Below, one piece after another: positions 37,863 through 50,571 of a DNA stretch of 64,000 nucleotides. The position numbers and the translations under genes are program-made. This DNA comes from Lingula anatina (taxonomy: Eukaryota; Animalia; Brachiopoda). The stretch covers positions 44,370,788-44,434,787 of the forward strand of contig CM120640.1 in NCBI GenBank assembly GCA_051362555.1, given 5' to 3'. The notes below the pieces were generated by a model. The model saw only the letters and a program-made list of their open reading frames with translations, made no database searches and was not told the origin of the DNA. The first letter of the stretch is position 1. Each line of letters starts with the position of its first letter.

Positions 37863-40800
37863 TTACTCAAAAGCTACATTTAATTATATCTTGAAATTTT
37901 ACCGATTTTAATCGTCCACTGGCAATATTTATGATGAAATAAACAACCAAAAACCAGATGTGAAGCTATCCTGATACAGCAAAGGAAAAATCAATAGATA
38001 AAGGCAGCGAAAATTGAAGGCAAAATCATACGAATAATTCTGAATACTTGTTTATGTATGGGTGGAATGTATGACTATAACTTAAATTACGTATTAATAA
38101 AAAGTGCATTTACTTCTTCACCATACGATCGAATTTATTATGTGTGTGTTTTATACCCGGTATGCCGTTGGCACAATCTTTATTTGACCCCAACAAAGAT
38201 TTGGTGACCTTACACAGCGCTGCGGTTTGAAAATAAAATCAAATAAATGATGCAATTGACGTAGCATCAACGTGTGTCTTCACCCAAAAATAAGGTGTTA
38301 GGTCTTTTCTTTTAACATTAATTAATGTACAGCTTAATAGTTGCGGTCCCATGGCGCGGATCTTCTACATGTAAAGCACTTTCTATACAAGCCACTTTGG
38401 CACACCTTTTCAACATTTATTCAATTATGTAGGATATTGGCGCTCGTTTTCACGGGTTCATCAAATTTGCTTAAAAGTAGTGCTTACTTTTTATGTAATT
38501 GTTGTCAACTCTTCGAAACCATGGCGTTTCTCAATTGCATTGACTTAAGGTGACCCCACGCTTCTACTGCAGACCCGTTATAATTTTTACGCTACTTCAC
38601 ATCAAAAGGGTCGTTTGGGAGATGAAACTGGCAAAGCCTCACCTTCGTAACAAGTTGATTTTCGCATTGGGAAGTCCTGTAGGTCAGTCTAGGCACAGCT
38701 GCTCACTTATTTTTCTATAGAGACAAAATTACCTGCTGTAATCGAAACCCTTGACCTTGCTACAAAACTGCAAAGGTCACAGCAGTGATGACTGAAAATG
38801 TTCTAAAGCATGCAAACATCAAATTTACAAAATGCCAATAAAACTGTAGATATCGCACTTGTAGACAGCCTATCTGACAGTGGCGACGCACATACAGTCC
38901 GATATGCTCCTATCGGATAGAAAAGAATTGCTAAATTGAAATTGGATTTTCTCTTGTTTGTCGTAAAAGGGTATCATGAACTTGCTGATATTTCCTCGCT
39001 TTAACAGCTCAACCAATACCGATTCACGTGTACATGCATTGTACAGGCAGCATCAAGAGATCTCTTTCACCTTTGCACCAGGGCTAACAGTACTTTTGCA
39101 TCAAAGCAGAATGATGTATTTAACCGCATGATCCCTTCGCCGTATTCATTGCAATCACAGATTGCCAATGATTATTATTACAGAAAAAAATATGATATTT
39201 GAAAAACGAAAATTACAGGATCAATCTATCTAAACTTTTACCGCCCTTATATTGATTACGGAAGCCTGTTGGAATACCTTTATAGGAATTCATCAGCCTA
39301 GTGCAAATGCAATAATAGTCATCCACAAATAGAAATCATTCCTCTTGAGAGTCCTTTACCCTAGTTCAAGTGTGCAAGTGTGATAATTGTTTGAAAATCG
39401 TTTTCGTTATCACAAGATATTGGACATAAGAAATATGCTTATTACTTCCATGGCCAGTGCATACTGACAAGGGAAGAAGAGGGGGGAAAAGTAGAGGTAG
39501 GCTGGCGGTTTAAAATATCAATTAAGAAAAACTAAATAAGATGTTTTAATATAGTAGTACAGCACAACACGACTTACACCATAAGCATTTATAGAAGGTG
39601 AAAAGCTCAAAACATAGAGGAAGATTATTTATACAATTTGAACCTATGGGAAATAAGTAGCACACATAGTGAAATATACAAGGGGCGCTACAGTACTAGT
39701 AGATACTTTGAATTCGTTTTCCGTTAGATTTGTACTATTTGTTTAATTTTTCTTTTATTCAATGTTTTTCTATTACTATTTATTATATCCATATGTGCAT
39801 CACCCATGTGCATCCCTATACATTTTGTCATAACCTCGAAGTTCGTACCAAATTTCGTATGGAATCAATGCAGGTATTTCCACTGACAACCGTTTCATGA
39901 TTTTGGCATAACGTGTAAGATGCATACATTTCAACTCCAAAAGTAAAAGAACATCGACATTCGAGATCAAAGGAGCTCAGCATGGCGAAAGATAGCAACG
40001 ACTTTCAAGCGGGGCGATTGCTATTCAAGGACCGTTTTGGAAAGCGCTTTTGGACAGAAGGTTTCAAGTAAATGAGCCAATAGAATGCGTTGGATTGGAC
40101 ATGAAGGAAATGGCAACTAAGGCGCGATCGAAGTCATGGAGCATTTGAAATGTTTTCTAAAACAATTATGCCTAAACCCTTATTAAGTTACTTACTTTGA
40201 CAATGGATATTGTAAAGATATCGTGATAACCTACATTGTATAATTAGTTGACGTAGTTTAAGTTTTGGAGCATACAAGTGTCTGTGCGCCATGCGTGTCA
40301 GATATCAGTAGGCTAAGCGGAACTTTATACTGACACAATTGTTGCAGAACAATAGTTATGCCCATCTAATACCTGGACAAACCCGGAGGAAAGGTGGGTT
40401 GAACAGAAATAAAGATCTAATTGACACCAAAAACAAGAAGACCAATCCCAGGGAAAATATCAATTCGCGAAGTGTTTTGTAAAGACGCAATAAAACAAAG
40501 TGTATCATATCCCTGCAAAAGAAATGAAGTATGCGTGTGGATGATGATCGTGCTTTTATGTGGACCACAGACAAAAAGAAATCTTAACCGTGTAATTCCT
40601 GCATGCCATTGTATTTTTGCCAAGAAAATGTATCAACTCCAAATTCCGGTTTTAAGATCTGTATACGATGCTTTTAGGGGCAATTTTACAGACTCTTCCG
40701 CAACAAAACGGTTCCTTAATGCAAAGCCGTCTTGATAAGGCTTTGGATAAAAAATTAGGAACCAAAATGTTATCAATCATATTTCTATTCAATTAACGGC

Positions 40801-43437
40801 GCGCCTGTTCGTTTTAGATAAAGAAATCTTAAGACCATTGTACAATTCCCCGTAGATATTTAAGTCGTCTAAAATTTTGATAGATAGCCCACAGACGATC
40901 TTTAAAATTGCTTTGACGTTATAGCCATTAAGGTTTTGAAAGATTTACAGCTATTGCCAATTCTTTCTCAGTGCTACGTTCCCTACATGGTTTCTGCGAT
41001 TTGTATCTATCTCTTCAAAATTCTATCATTCTATCTCATAACAATTATTCATCAAAAACATTGTTTTTAGCTTTTTCTGGTTCTCCTTAGGTTTAAGCCC
41101 AATTATCCCGGGACGTTTTAGTATCTCCTCTTAATCACTCCAAGTTTCAAATTATGGTATAAAGTTGTGGGACACCCCCAAATGGTCCGAATTGACGTCT
41201 TAGTTAAGGTTGCCCTTTCTTCTTCATGTATCGTTTTTGAATGAAGTATTTCATATCGTTGCACATCATCGCTTGGCATAACTCGCTAAAGGGATGTAAC
41301 CAGAGGAAGAGAGTGGGGCATACTTCCATTGACTTTACAGTAAGAAGATTTAAATTTCCTCTAATCTTCTCCATGTTGGGACGGTCCCCTGGGTTCAATA
41401 AATCGCAGACTCCTAATTGTTTTAATCAATTATGCTTGGGTAAAGCTAGCAAAGATTGCCGTTGCATCTTGTTTACGATTTGCTATGGACAGGAGCGGCT
41501 GGAATGAGCAGTGTTGTGGGTGGTTTGATAAAATACGTGTAATTAGTGACAGGGCGTTTGTACACATTGCGACGTACTCGTAACCGTGATTAATCTGAAT
41601 GATTGGCGCTTTTAAAACTACATTATAGTAGACACGAAAGCGGAGCTCAGACGACACGCGCGTATTTGAGTGAAAAATTTTTGAGACAGAAATCCTTTAG
41701 AGGTTCTAGTAATTGGTGACTTAACCCAAGTGGATACGTCAAAGGGGACTTTGCAAAACAATAGTGACATGCATTATAAAAGGTCCGCATTTACATTGGT
41801 CGAGAAATAAGAATACAAGAATGTATCTGGTCATTGGTGAAATCCTGCGTATGGATTATGTGTCTGCGCTAACTGTCATGCGATTCTTTATAAAATCTAT
41901 GACCCTATAACATATAACTAGGAATTAATGCACATTCATCGAATCTTTTTTTTTTTTTTTTTTTGATATGATGGAAATAAAATCATTTATATAAATATTC
42001 AGTATGATAAAAACACCGTATGCACATCGGCCTGAACAATATAAGATTGTCAGACAGTGACATGGCTATTTTATGGTCAGTAATTAGGCCTACATGTACT
42101 AGCCTTTTTAGGGACTCCAAAAAATTTAATCATTTTTCGGATTTTTTCAGTATTTTTTTAAAGCAAGCAGTTTCTATCATATGCTGAAAAACATTACATT
42201 AAGATTGCACTGCTATTTTGTGTCTGCCTTTCTCGGAGGATTAACTGAGAGAGTTTACAACTGTACTCGAGCTCATTTGTTGTGTGAACAAAGCGAACAT
42301 CAATCTACACATAACCTTTAGTGGCCTACCGTTACTGAGAAGTACAGATAACATATTATTGCTTCATGAATGAGTAAAAGCAATAAACTTCTGTGATTGA
42401 GGTTGAACATATTTCATTTCAAATATCTTGGGAATCCAGGCAAACAGGAGACGAATGCACAAGAGTCGTTAACGGGTAGAAGTAATGGCCCCCATTTCCA
42501 AACGATCATGTACACAGATGGTTACTTCGCAAAGCGATGTTTAATTCCGACGCACATCATTTTTGATTGGCTTGTATGCAACACGAAATACGACATGAAA
42601 GAGAGAGAAAGCTACGTTACAGGCACGTCTTTAACATTGTCGGTTTCTTTTAGGACAAAATGAGTCGCGCTAATACATCCCCATTAAATCATCCCCAAAC
42701 TGACCATTTATCTACTGAACCAAGAAACGAGTCTTGAATCGAAAACCTCGATTGCCACTGCCATTTGGTGGCATCTTTCGTTAGATAAAGACATACATGT
42801 ATATACCTATTTCTTGAAAGCGTTGCTTTATAAAAGAAATGGTTTGATTGCATTTCTATCTAATATCGTCATCCTTCACTTGTTGGGACCACGACTGGTT
42901 CGCCCCAAAGTCATTTGATACATTTATTCGCCCTCGTCGGTTGGACGAAAAATAAATTAATGTACGTGGGCTTGAGTAGGCAACAAAATATCCATTTTGT
43001 CTTCACACAAGATGTGAACTCCTCTTATCTTTTCCCTGTTAAAAGCGAGTTAACCCGATTCTATCAGTCATAATGTGAGGACGACTTCAATTGGTAATTC
43101 GATATGCATGCCAAGTAATGACACCCGTCGGGTTCACGTCACTTCCGCACCATAATAAGCACAAAGGCGCCCCTGCTTTCGAATCGCTCTCAATGTGTTT
43201 GGTGATTGGACAAATTCAGATCGGTAACAACGTTTTACAATAGTTACCATTTACATAATCTAATAATGTCCACGAAAGCAATCCAAGCATGTTTTCGGTC
43301 ATTCTTCACGGTCGGTATATATAGCAACTTTTTCTGGGATGTTTCATATACTGATGAGACACAATCAAATACTGATTGGTTTTTCTTTTAAGACGTGTTT
43401 CTGAGTTTAGAGTTGATTCCGATTTTACTTTCAGAAG

Positions 43438-43552
43438 ATGATGTTGGAAGTGCGGATACCATGGTTAATAGCGCTCTTTGTGGTTTTCCTTTCCATTCCC
43501 GCTTTGACAGAAAAGACGAAACATACCCAAAGGGATTCAATAGAATCAGAAG
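43438..43552 (+). CDS. Neuropeptide precursor, coding exon 1 (signal peptide)
   Basis: TTTTACTTTCAG acceptor (exon starts 43435), ATG 43438, MMLEVRIPWLIALFVVFLSIPALT-EKTKHTQRDSIESE, donor G|GTAATT. Its phase 1 matches the phase-1 acceptor at 49465/6. Confidence 0.8.
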
Positions 43553-45553
43553 GTAATTATTCTAAAGTAATTATATAAATTAATTGGTTTCTTTTATTGC
43601 TACGGTTCCGCTATAGGCAACGACACCATGGATGAATTTTTTTAGGATAAAATGTGAAAAATACAGGGAAAAATTAATTTGTATTAATGCAGAGTCAGAT
43701 AGCTATCATTTTTTTTTTTTCTCAAAGGAGATCGAACGTTATATAAAATTCCATCGGTTATTAGAGACCACTTATAATTTTAAGTTACAAATATCTTTAT
43801 TCTAACGATATATGGAGACTGAACTGTAGAAAAAGTAAGGAAGCAGATATTATCCTCATCATTTGCAATTGAGAATGAAATTTTTCGTTATTTCAAATAA
43901 ATATGACTGTTTTATTGATTTCTGTAGCTGTACATCATCTTCATCCCCTCAGTTGTTTGTTAAATTTTTTTTTTTTGTTTAATTATATTCACCTGTTAGT
44001 ATCTTATTCTATTTTAATCTTATTTCATTTTGATAAAATGCAGGAAGTAACGGGATAGGTTACCATTTAGTGGCTTAAACACCCAATTAGTTTTTTAAAA
44101 ATATATTCTTGTTAGGCGTAAAAAAAAAAAGAAAAAAAAGCATCAACATCACGCAGGAGATAATAATATACAGATATGGGCATACTACATTTCGAGAATT
44201 CATTTCAAGATCGAATCTTTAAATGAAGTTTAAAACTTATTTTTAAATGCAGCTTTTGGGAAATGGTTTTAGAATGAATTGATAAACTAAAGTTGACACT
44301 GAGCATTAAAGGAAAGGAATCGAGAGTGCGATCAAAATCCCTTTAATTCAGTATTCTATACCAGTGATTTGCTCCCTTGGATTAGATTTTCCTACAATCA
44401 GACACACACCACTGCACACAGACATAAATGGTTCGTTTCAAATAACTGCTCCTCGGTGACAACTTAGCGATAAAACATTTCTCATAGAAGTGATTACTTG
44501 GAACAAATGGGAATCCCTAAAGCGTCTTTCTTAAATACTGAATCTTCTACGTATGTGCCCAATGCCCCTTGCTGCGAGCGACTGATATGTAAACGATAGT
44601 GCAAACCACGAAACAACCTGCTTTAATTTCACTCATTTGAAGCGGTGTGTTGTGCGACACGATTTCTAATGTAAATTGATAAAGTCTCTTGTTGCCACTT
44701 GAGGCAATATTAACAATAGCGCCAAACGAACAACTATTAGAAAGAAAACGGAACTTTCCATTATCTGCTTTTAAGAGCAGGACATCTCCGACTTTGAGGA
44801 TATCACACAAGACTGAATACAAACACAGTGTTGTTAAAGGCAGGGAAAATAATTCTAGTTCATACCCTTGGAGAAATCAAAGAACGAGTGCAATTCGAAC
44901 AAATTCGCTTTCGATAGATTTGTTCCAAAGTTATTATCGGAAAATAACATGAAATAACCCAATCAATTGTGCCTATAATCACATGCTATAGACAATTGGA
45001 GGAAAAACATTGATATGCTATGAGACATTCACAAAAAGAGTCTGTGTTGAAATTGTACTTAAATAATGTCTAAAACAGAGTCTAAGGCATGTGGGATGAA
45101 CTGTTAGAGCGAAAAAAATTAGAAGTGCGTTACGATCGAATCTTGTCCTTAATGCTCAATACCAACTTCAACGTATTTATGCACTCCAAACACTGAATTC
45201 AAACGTATTTTTCATAGAACGTCAGTTACATGTACCAACGCGTGGTCTTAAATTTTGATGTTTTTATTTTTTTTACATCTAATATAGTTTAAAGGTTATG
45301 AATGGCTTGTTGATGGCAAATATTGGTTATCACAATGCCATGACAACATTTCATATCAAATAATAATAATAATAGTACATATAATGTGTTGCATTGTCGA
45401 TCAATTAGTCGTGTGGGAGAATCCAATATTACGCATTGTTGTACATGTGGGAACGCCTTTCTAAACCGATAAATAAGAACTGGACAACATTACTGTAAAT
45501 TTATTCTAAAATAATATGACTTTAAATAAAACACACAGCAAAAAGTTCTTTCT

Positions 45554-45587
<34 letters not shown>

Positions 45588-46195
45588 TCCCTCGCTCAAT
45601 ATCTCCAATGGAATTAGATCTGCGTTGTATCTTTTGTCAATTAAGTAAAGACAGATTGTTTGCCATATATTCTGTTTTGCTTAAAACATATCTAATCCAT
45701 CTTAAAAAAACTAACACACTGAGGTTTAAAGGATAAAATGAAAACGCACTTTAACGTAGGTACCAGGTGCGACAGAAACGATTTCAATAACCTAGCTACC
45801 AAATGGAGGGTAGTTTTAAATAAATGAGTATGTCAGCATGCTTTTGTGTAACCGCGCATGTATGTTTGCCGTAGCTCTTGACTCAGCTTTCAGTCCTTTT
45901 ACCTGGAAATGAACACACCATTAAACCTTCTCAAGATCTCATGGTCTCAGGTTATCGAACCTAGTGATAAATATGTACATCAAACACTATGCTAACTTGG
46001 AGGAAGCACCATCGATTAAGCATGGAATTAAACCAACACTTGAAAAACCAAATCATTGTTCGTCTAAGATACTAGTCTGCATCAAGTGCATTCGAATCTG
46101 AACCAGAGTGTTATTTTCGTTTTGGCTCTGTTTTTGGCTTTGTCGAGAGAAATGGCAGCAGCAAGAGCAGTGTAGTGTAATGTGAATGGCAAAAA

Positions 46196-46228
<33 letters not shown>

Positions 46229-48731
46229 GATTCCACCATTATCATTGGTGCCGTAGCTCTCACATCGACAGCCTTCAGTAACGTTTTTCAAACTTCACTT
46301 GGCCCATTACTAACAGCTGGGCTTCAATGGCTGTCTACACTAGTTATATCATATCCTGTCACCTAATGGATATGTGGAACGGAAAAACTATTAAGTGTAT
46401 TTGGCGGCAGTGTTTAGAAATGGAATAACCGTCAACTAATCCTACAGAACTTGACATCGGTCATTATCACTAGCGAGAGTTTCTTATGTAAAACGTGGGC
46501 CTAGTTGCACTAGAATATACTGTATAGTGTAAAAATTTGTGTTTAGGCCAGTCCCACATCAATAAAACAATCCTTGGACATACCCGCAACATAGTGACCT
46601 CTACTGATACGACGGATTAAAAAAAATGGGGGATAAAGGCCATATGAAATGTCAATGAAAAAAATCAAAGATTAACCGTAATAGTAACATCTAATCTCCC
46701 TTCCAAACGTTGCAAAGGGCTTTTCGGGCGAACAGGGAACAAGATATTTCGACAGATTTCTAGCGTTTAACCGGTATTTACGAAATCCCGCATCTCAGGT
46801 ACCATGATTGGCAAATACATCATTGCAGACAGTAGTACAGTGACATGAAAAATAACATAGAAAGCTTGAGTAAAACTGGAAATAGAGACGGAGACAAAGC
46901 AATATATTGCCAGTGCTCGGCTTTTGTGGGCTAAAATGAGTCTAGATTCATTGTTAATATTATAATCCTGAAGAGATTACTTCATTAATAGCAGCGTGGA
47001 ATGAATTTTATTTGTATCGAATCTCTTCAGGGGGTCCAATTCAAGTTTGTTTCGCTCTCCGGGGGGAGGAAGCATTCTTAGTAACAAGATCTAATCGCTA
47101 ATCTAATAAGTCTGAGGCGTTTTAATTGTGATTACCCTCCAGCTGAACATGAATGCGTAGGACGACAAAGTGAACTTTTGGGCGTCTTTGAACGGTCATC
47201 TTTTGCAAGACAGAATCGTATTTTGTGCTAACTGTAGTGTACGTCTATTAGGTATGCCTAATTTCATCATCTCAATCTAGTAGACGATAATAATAATAAT
47301 AATAATAATGATAACTTATTCTATGGTCCATTCCATATAAATGGTACTGCTACTTACAATAAAACCTAAGTTAATATCGTATTAAGTTTAAATTAAACTA
47401 AATTAGGATCTTTTAAACTGTGGCAATCTAACCTTAACTTATAAATCTATAAACCTCTAAGTAATTCAAGTATTTTTCAAAACATATTATAGAATACAAT
47501 ACAGTATTAGTTAAATTTGGACATATGTACTTGAGGAGAGAACTGCCCAGGTCTTTGATCTCTTAATAAATACGGGTAAAATATTCAGAAAGTTGAAAAT
47601 GCCTGGAACATTAAAGGTCCGGTCCGCAAAAGACCAATTTTCTAAAATAGAGCTCCCAATAATTCAAAGTGAACGTGCCTCGAGTATAATAAGCACAAGT
47701 TTTGACCTTTTTCACCTGTTTGCATACTGATTTTGCAAATGAAAATTCCATGTTCATTTCCACATTTCGCAATGTCTACAAACCGCAATGGGAGTAGGGG
47801 CGGGAGGGCATTACATGGCACTGAATTATGTTTCTCAGTTTCACAATTTTTACTCACGACGCTCTCGAACACGCAGACCCTGTGACTGAAGAGACCTTGT
47901 TCTCACGAGAAAACTCTATTAAAACGCAAACACGAAGTATCTTATTCCATCACTACAAGGCGAGGACAATTATCACTTAAAAACAAGGAAATAGGTTAGA
48001 AAGCTCGAGATTATCTTACTGAAAGAGGACAATTATCACCGCTTAATGTAAATGATTTCTTTGGTCTTGCTGTCATGGGGAGTTTGTCACCAAACAAAAT
48101 GATTTTCTTATTCCGAAAGGAAAACCATTTTCATCCAGTTTCTATCTGAATTATTCTCGTAATGGTTCTCTATAGGTAAAGTTCATAGTGAAGACACGGT
48201 TATTTGCGCGTCAGGCAATTTATTACAAATAATGTGGATTGATAAACTGTGAAACATCGTTTATTTTGTTCTGGAACGCAGAAATATTTAATGTAGTTTG
48301 TAAATTTTTAAGTACTCACAAGCCGTGTTGCAACTCAGACTCGCTCTTATAAAGTTGATGAAAATACAAGTACATGTACCTGTATAAGTGCATTAAATCG
48401 TATAAATAATTATTCCTAATGGCAACCCCCGTCTCGTAGGCAAATTGCACTGTTGCCTTTGGCGCTTTTGCCAAGACAGACAGATGCCAAGGACCTGAGA
48501 TTTCAGGACAGCGGTCACCTTTAACTTAGCCTAGTGCTTTTGGGACGTTAAACTGTCTTCCCTCAAGATATAGCAAGAACTTGTTCGTAATGTACCAAGG
48601 GTACTATCGATCATTGATAAGGGCTTAAGTGAACGTCTTTGTTTTAAAGCCATTACGTATCGATAATGTGCATAAAGTAAACATAAACATCATCACATCT
48701 AAAACTATTATAATTACTGCTGTCAAAACAT

Positions 48732-48757
48732 CTCTCTCTCTCTCTCTCTCTCTCTCT
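48732..48757. repeat. (CT)n microsatellite
   Basis: Direct reading. Confidence 0.9.
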
Positions 48758-49465
48758 AAACATAAATCTGTTTACTGCTTATTGCCCTCTGTTTAATTCA
48801 GACCTTAAGTCACTTCATATTTAAATATAGTCAACTATATATCAAAAGGAAGACAGACATATTACATCGTACACAGTATTTCTAAAGAAAAAGTTATTTC
48901 TTTGAGCATCATAAAGTACGTGTAGCAGTGATTTAAATTCCTGATCTCTGAATCAATAATATTAAATACTGAGAGAACAGTACCAGTAGAGAAATAACCG
49001 TGGCGAATTTGTTTCCGGCATGGCAACATACAAGAAATCTACTACACTTACGTCCTGCAATCATTAGACAACCGGTGAATTGAAACGTGCAAGAAGGCGG
49101 TATTAATTGGTTTTCCGTGTTGGTGTAAGAAGAGGGAAAATTAATAGTGCTACCATATATCATATTTTTGCCTTTAATGAGACCAAATTAGTTCCGTGAA
49201 AAGTTGACACGTTCCGCTTCAGAGTTGAGTAGCATTACTGCAGCTCACTAAGTGCAACACGTATAGATTTCGTTTGTCTGTCTGTCTGTTGGTCTACCTG
49301 TCTCCCCGTCTGTCTCACTTCCCGATGTGTGCAGTTAGTTTTTTCTAAGCAACTACCGCATCTTTCAAACATATTCTAAACTACTTTATAGAATTGATTT
49401 GAAATTTACTTTTCACTTGTTCGTTATCTTAATTGAGTTTAATATGCCCGTTTTGTCTTCCGCAG

Positions 49466-49812
49466 CCCTATGGCACAGTGATGTCCCCCATTCAGAGTAC
49501 GGCAGCAAACATGGCCTGGGCTACAAAGACGACACTGGGAATCCTCACAGTGAACTGCCTGATACTAAGTTAAAAAGAAGGTTTCTGGGGAAGAAATCTG
49601 ATCACGATCTTACAGAGAAGAGACGTTTTCTGGGGAAACGCTTTGGTGACAACATGTCAGACGATCCTGACAAGAGGAGGTTTTTAGGCAAACGCTTTCA
49701 GGACACTATCTCACCAGACCCCGAAAAAAGGCGTTTTCTCGGTAAGCGATTTGGCGATACAAGCTACCCAGCAGATGCAGAAAAAAGGCGATTCCTTGGT
49801 AAACGGTTTGAC

Positions 49813-49845
<33 letters not shown>

Positions 49846-50571
49846 AAAGAGGATGCTTCCCCCAATGGTTTTGAAAAGCGTCGCTTTCTTGGTAAAAGAT
49901 TAGATGAGGATGATGATGATGAGAAATCAGATGACCCAGAAAAGAGGCGATTTCTCGGCAAACGCTTTAATGACGACGCTAATCCGGAAGACGATGAAAA
50001 GAGGAGGTTCCTCGGCAAAAAGAGTGACGACGACACCGACACAGACAACGAAAAACGACGGTTCCTCGGCAAACGTCGTTTTCTGGGCAAACGGCGCTTC
50101 CTTGGAAAACGTGGTCCATATGAAGAGGATAAACGGGGTCGATTCCTCGGAAAGAGATTAGATTCCGAAAAAGATTATCTATTAGATAAATTAAAGAGGG
50201 CGTACCAATCTCTCTTTCCCCCAGCCGACTTTCTACGCAACTCAGCCGACGAATTGGACAAGAGGCGATTTTTGGGCAAGAGGCGATTTTTGGGCAAAAG
50301 AAGATTCCTTGGAAAACGAAGTGCTGAACAGAAACGAGGCGACATGTTGAACTCGGGTCAAAGTAAAATCCACTCTATAAAAAAGAGGAGTATCATGTGG
50401 CATGTGCAGCCTGATCCTTCTACAAATCTATTTCTCGGGTATCCACGCCAGGTCATGTTACTTTCGAACGGTTACCCGTCTGGAATGAACCCTTATATGA
50501 AACGCCAAGACGTGCTCATTCCGAGGTGGCCTCAACCAGATACTCAAAGAGTTCCCCACTTCATTGGTTAA
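49466..50571 (+). CDS. Neuropeptide precursor, main exon: 14x RFLamide, 1x GRFLamide, C-terminal pQ...PHFIamide
   Basis: Acceptor TTTTGTCTTCCGCAG; repeated KR-RFLG-K(R/K) with acidic spacers, i.e. dibasic convertase sites plus Gly amide donors; ends ...PHFIG-stop. Confidence 0.95.

Noticed and set aside
22100-43400. Numerous 60-130 aa ORFs in the long intergenic/intronic region
   Set aside because: No recognisable domains, mostly non-ATG starts, and no consistent splice-phase chains found.
44270-45200. Degenerate inverted repeats (~44290-44325 vs ~45135-45170; a similar case at ~39930-40290)
   Set aside because: Probably old MITE ends, but too decayed to define boundaries or TSDs by eye.
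49399-49465. ORF-track N-terminus MKFTFHLFVILIEFNMPVLSSA as the precursor's signal peptide
   Set aside because: It starts at TTG and overlaps a polypyrimidine tract and CAG acceptor. A better, phase-compatible ATG signal exon exists at 43438-43552.
49764-50161. Antisense and alternative-frame ORFs over the precursor
   Set aside because: Shadows of the repetitive, GAT-rich coding strand.
49573-50319. Calling the precursor FMRFamide/RFamide, or reading KRFGD as RFamide or achatin (GFGD)
   Set aside because: The amidated end is F-L, not R-F. The RFG occurrences are followed by Asp rather than a basic site, and the FGD spacers lack the achatin N-terminal Gly and closing KR.
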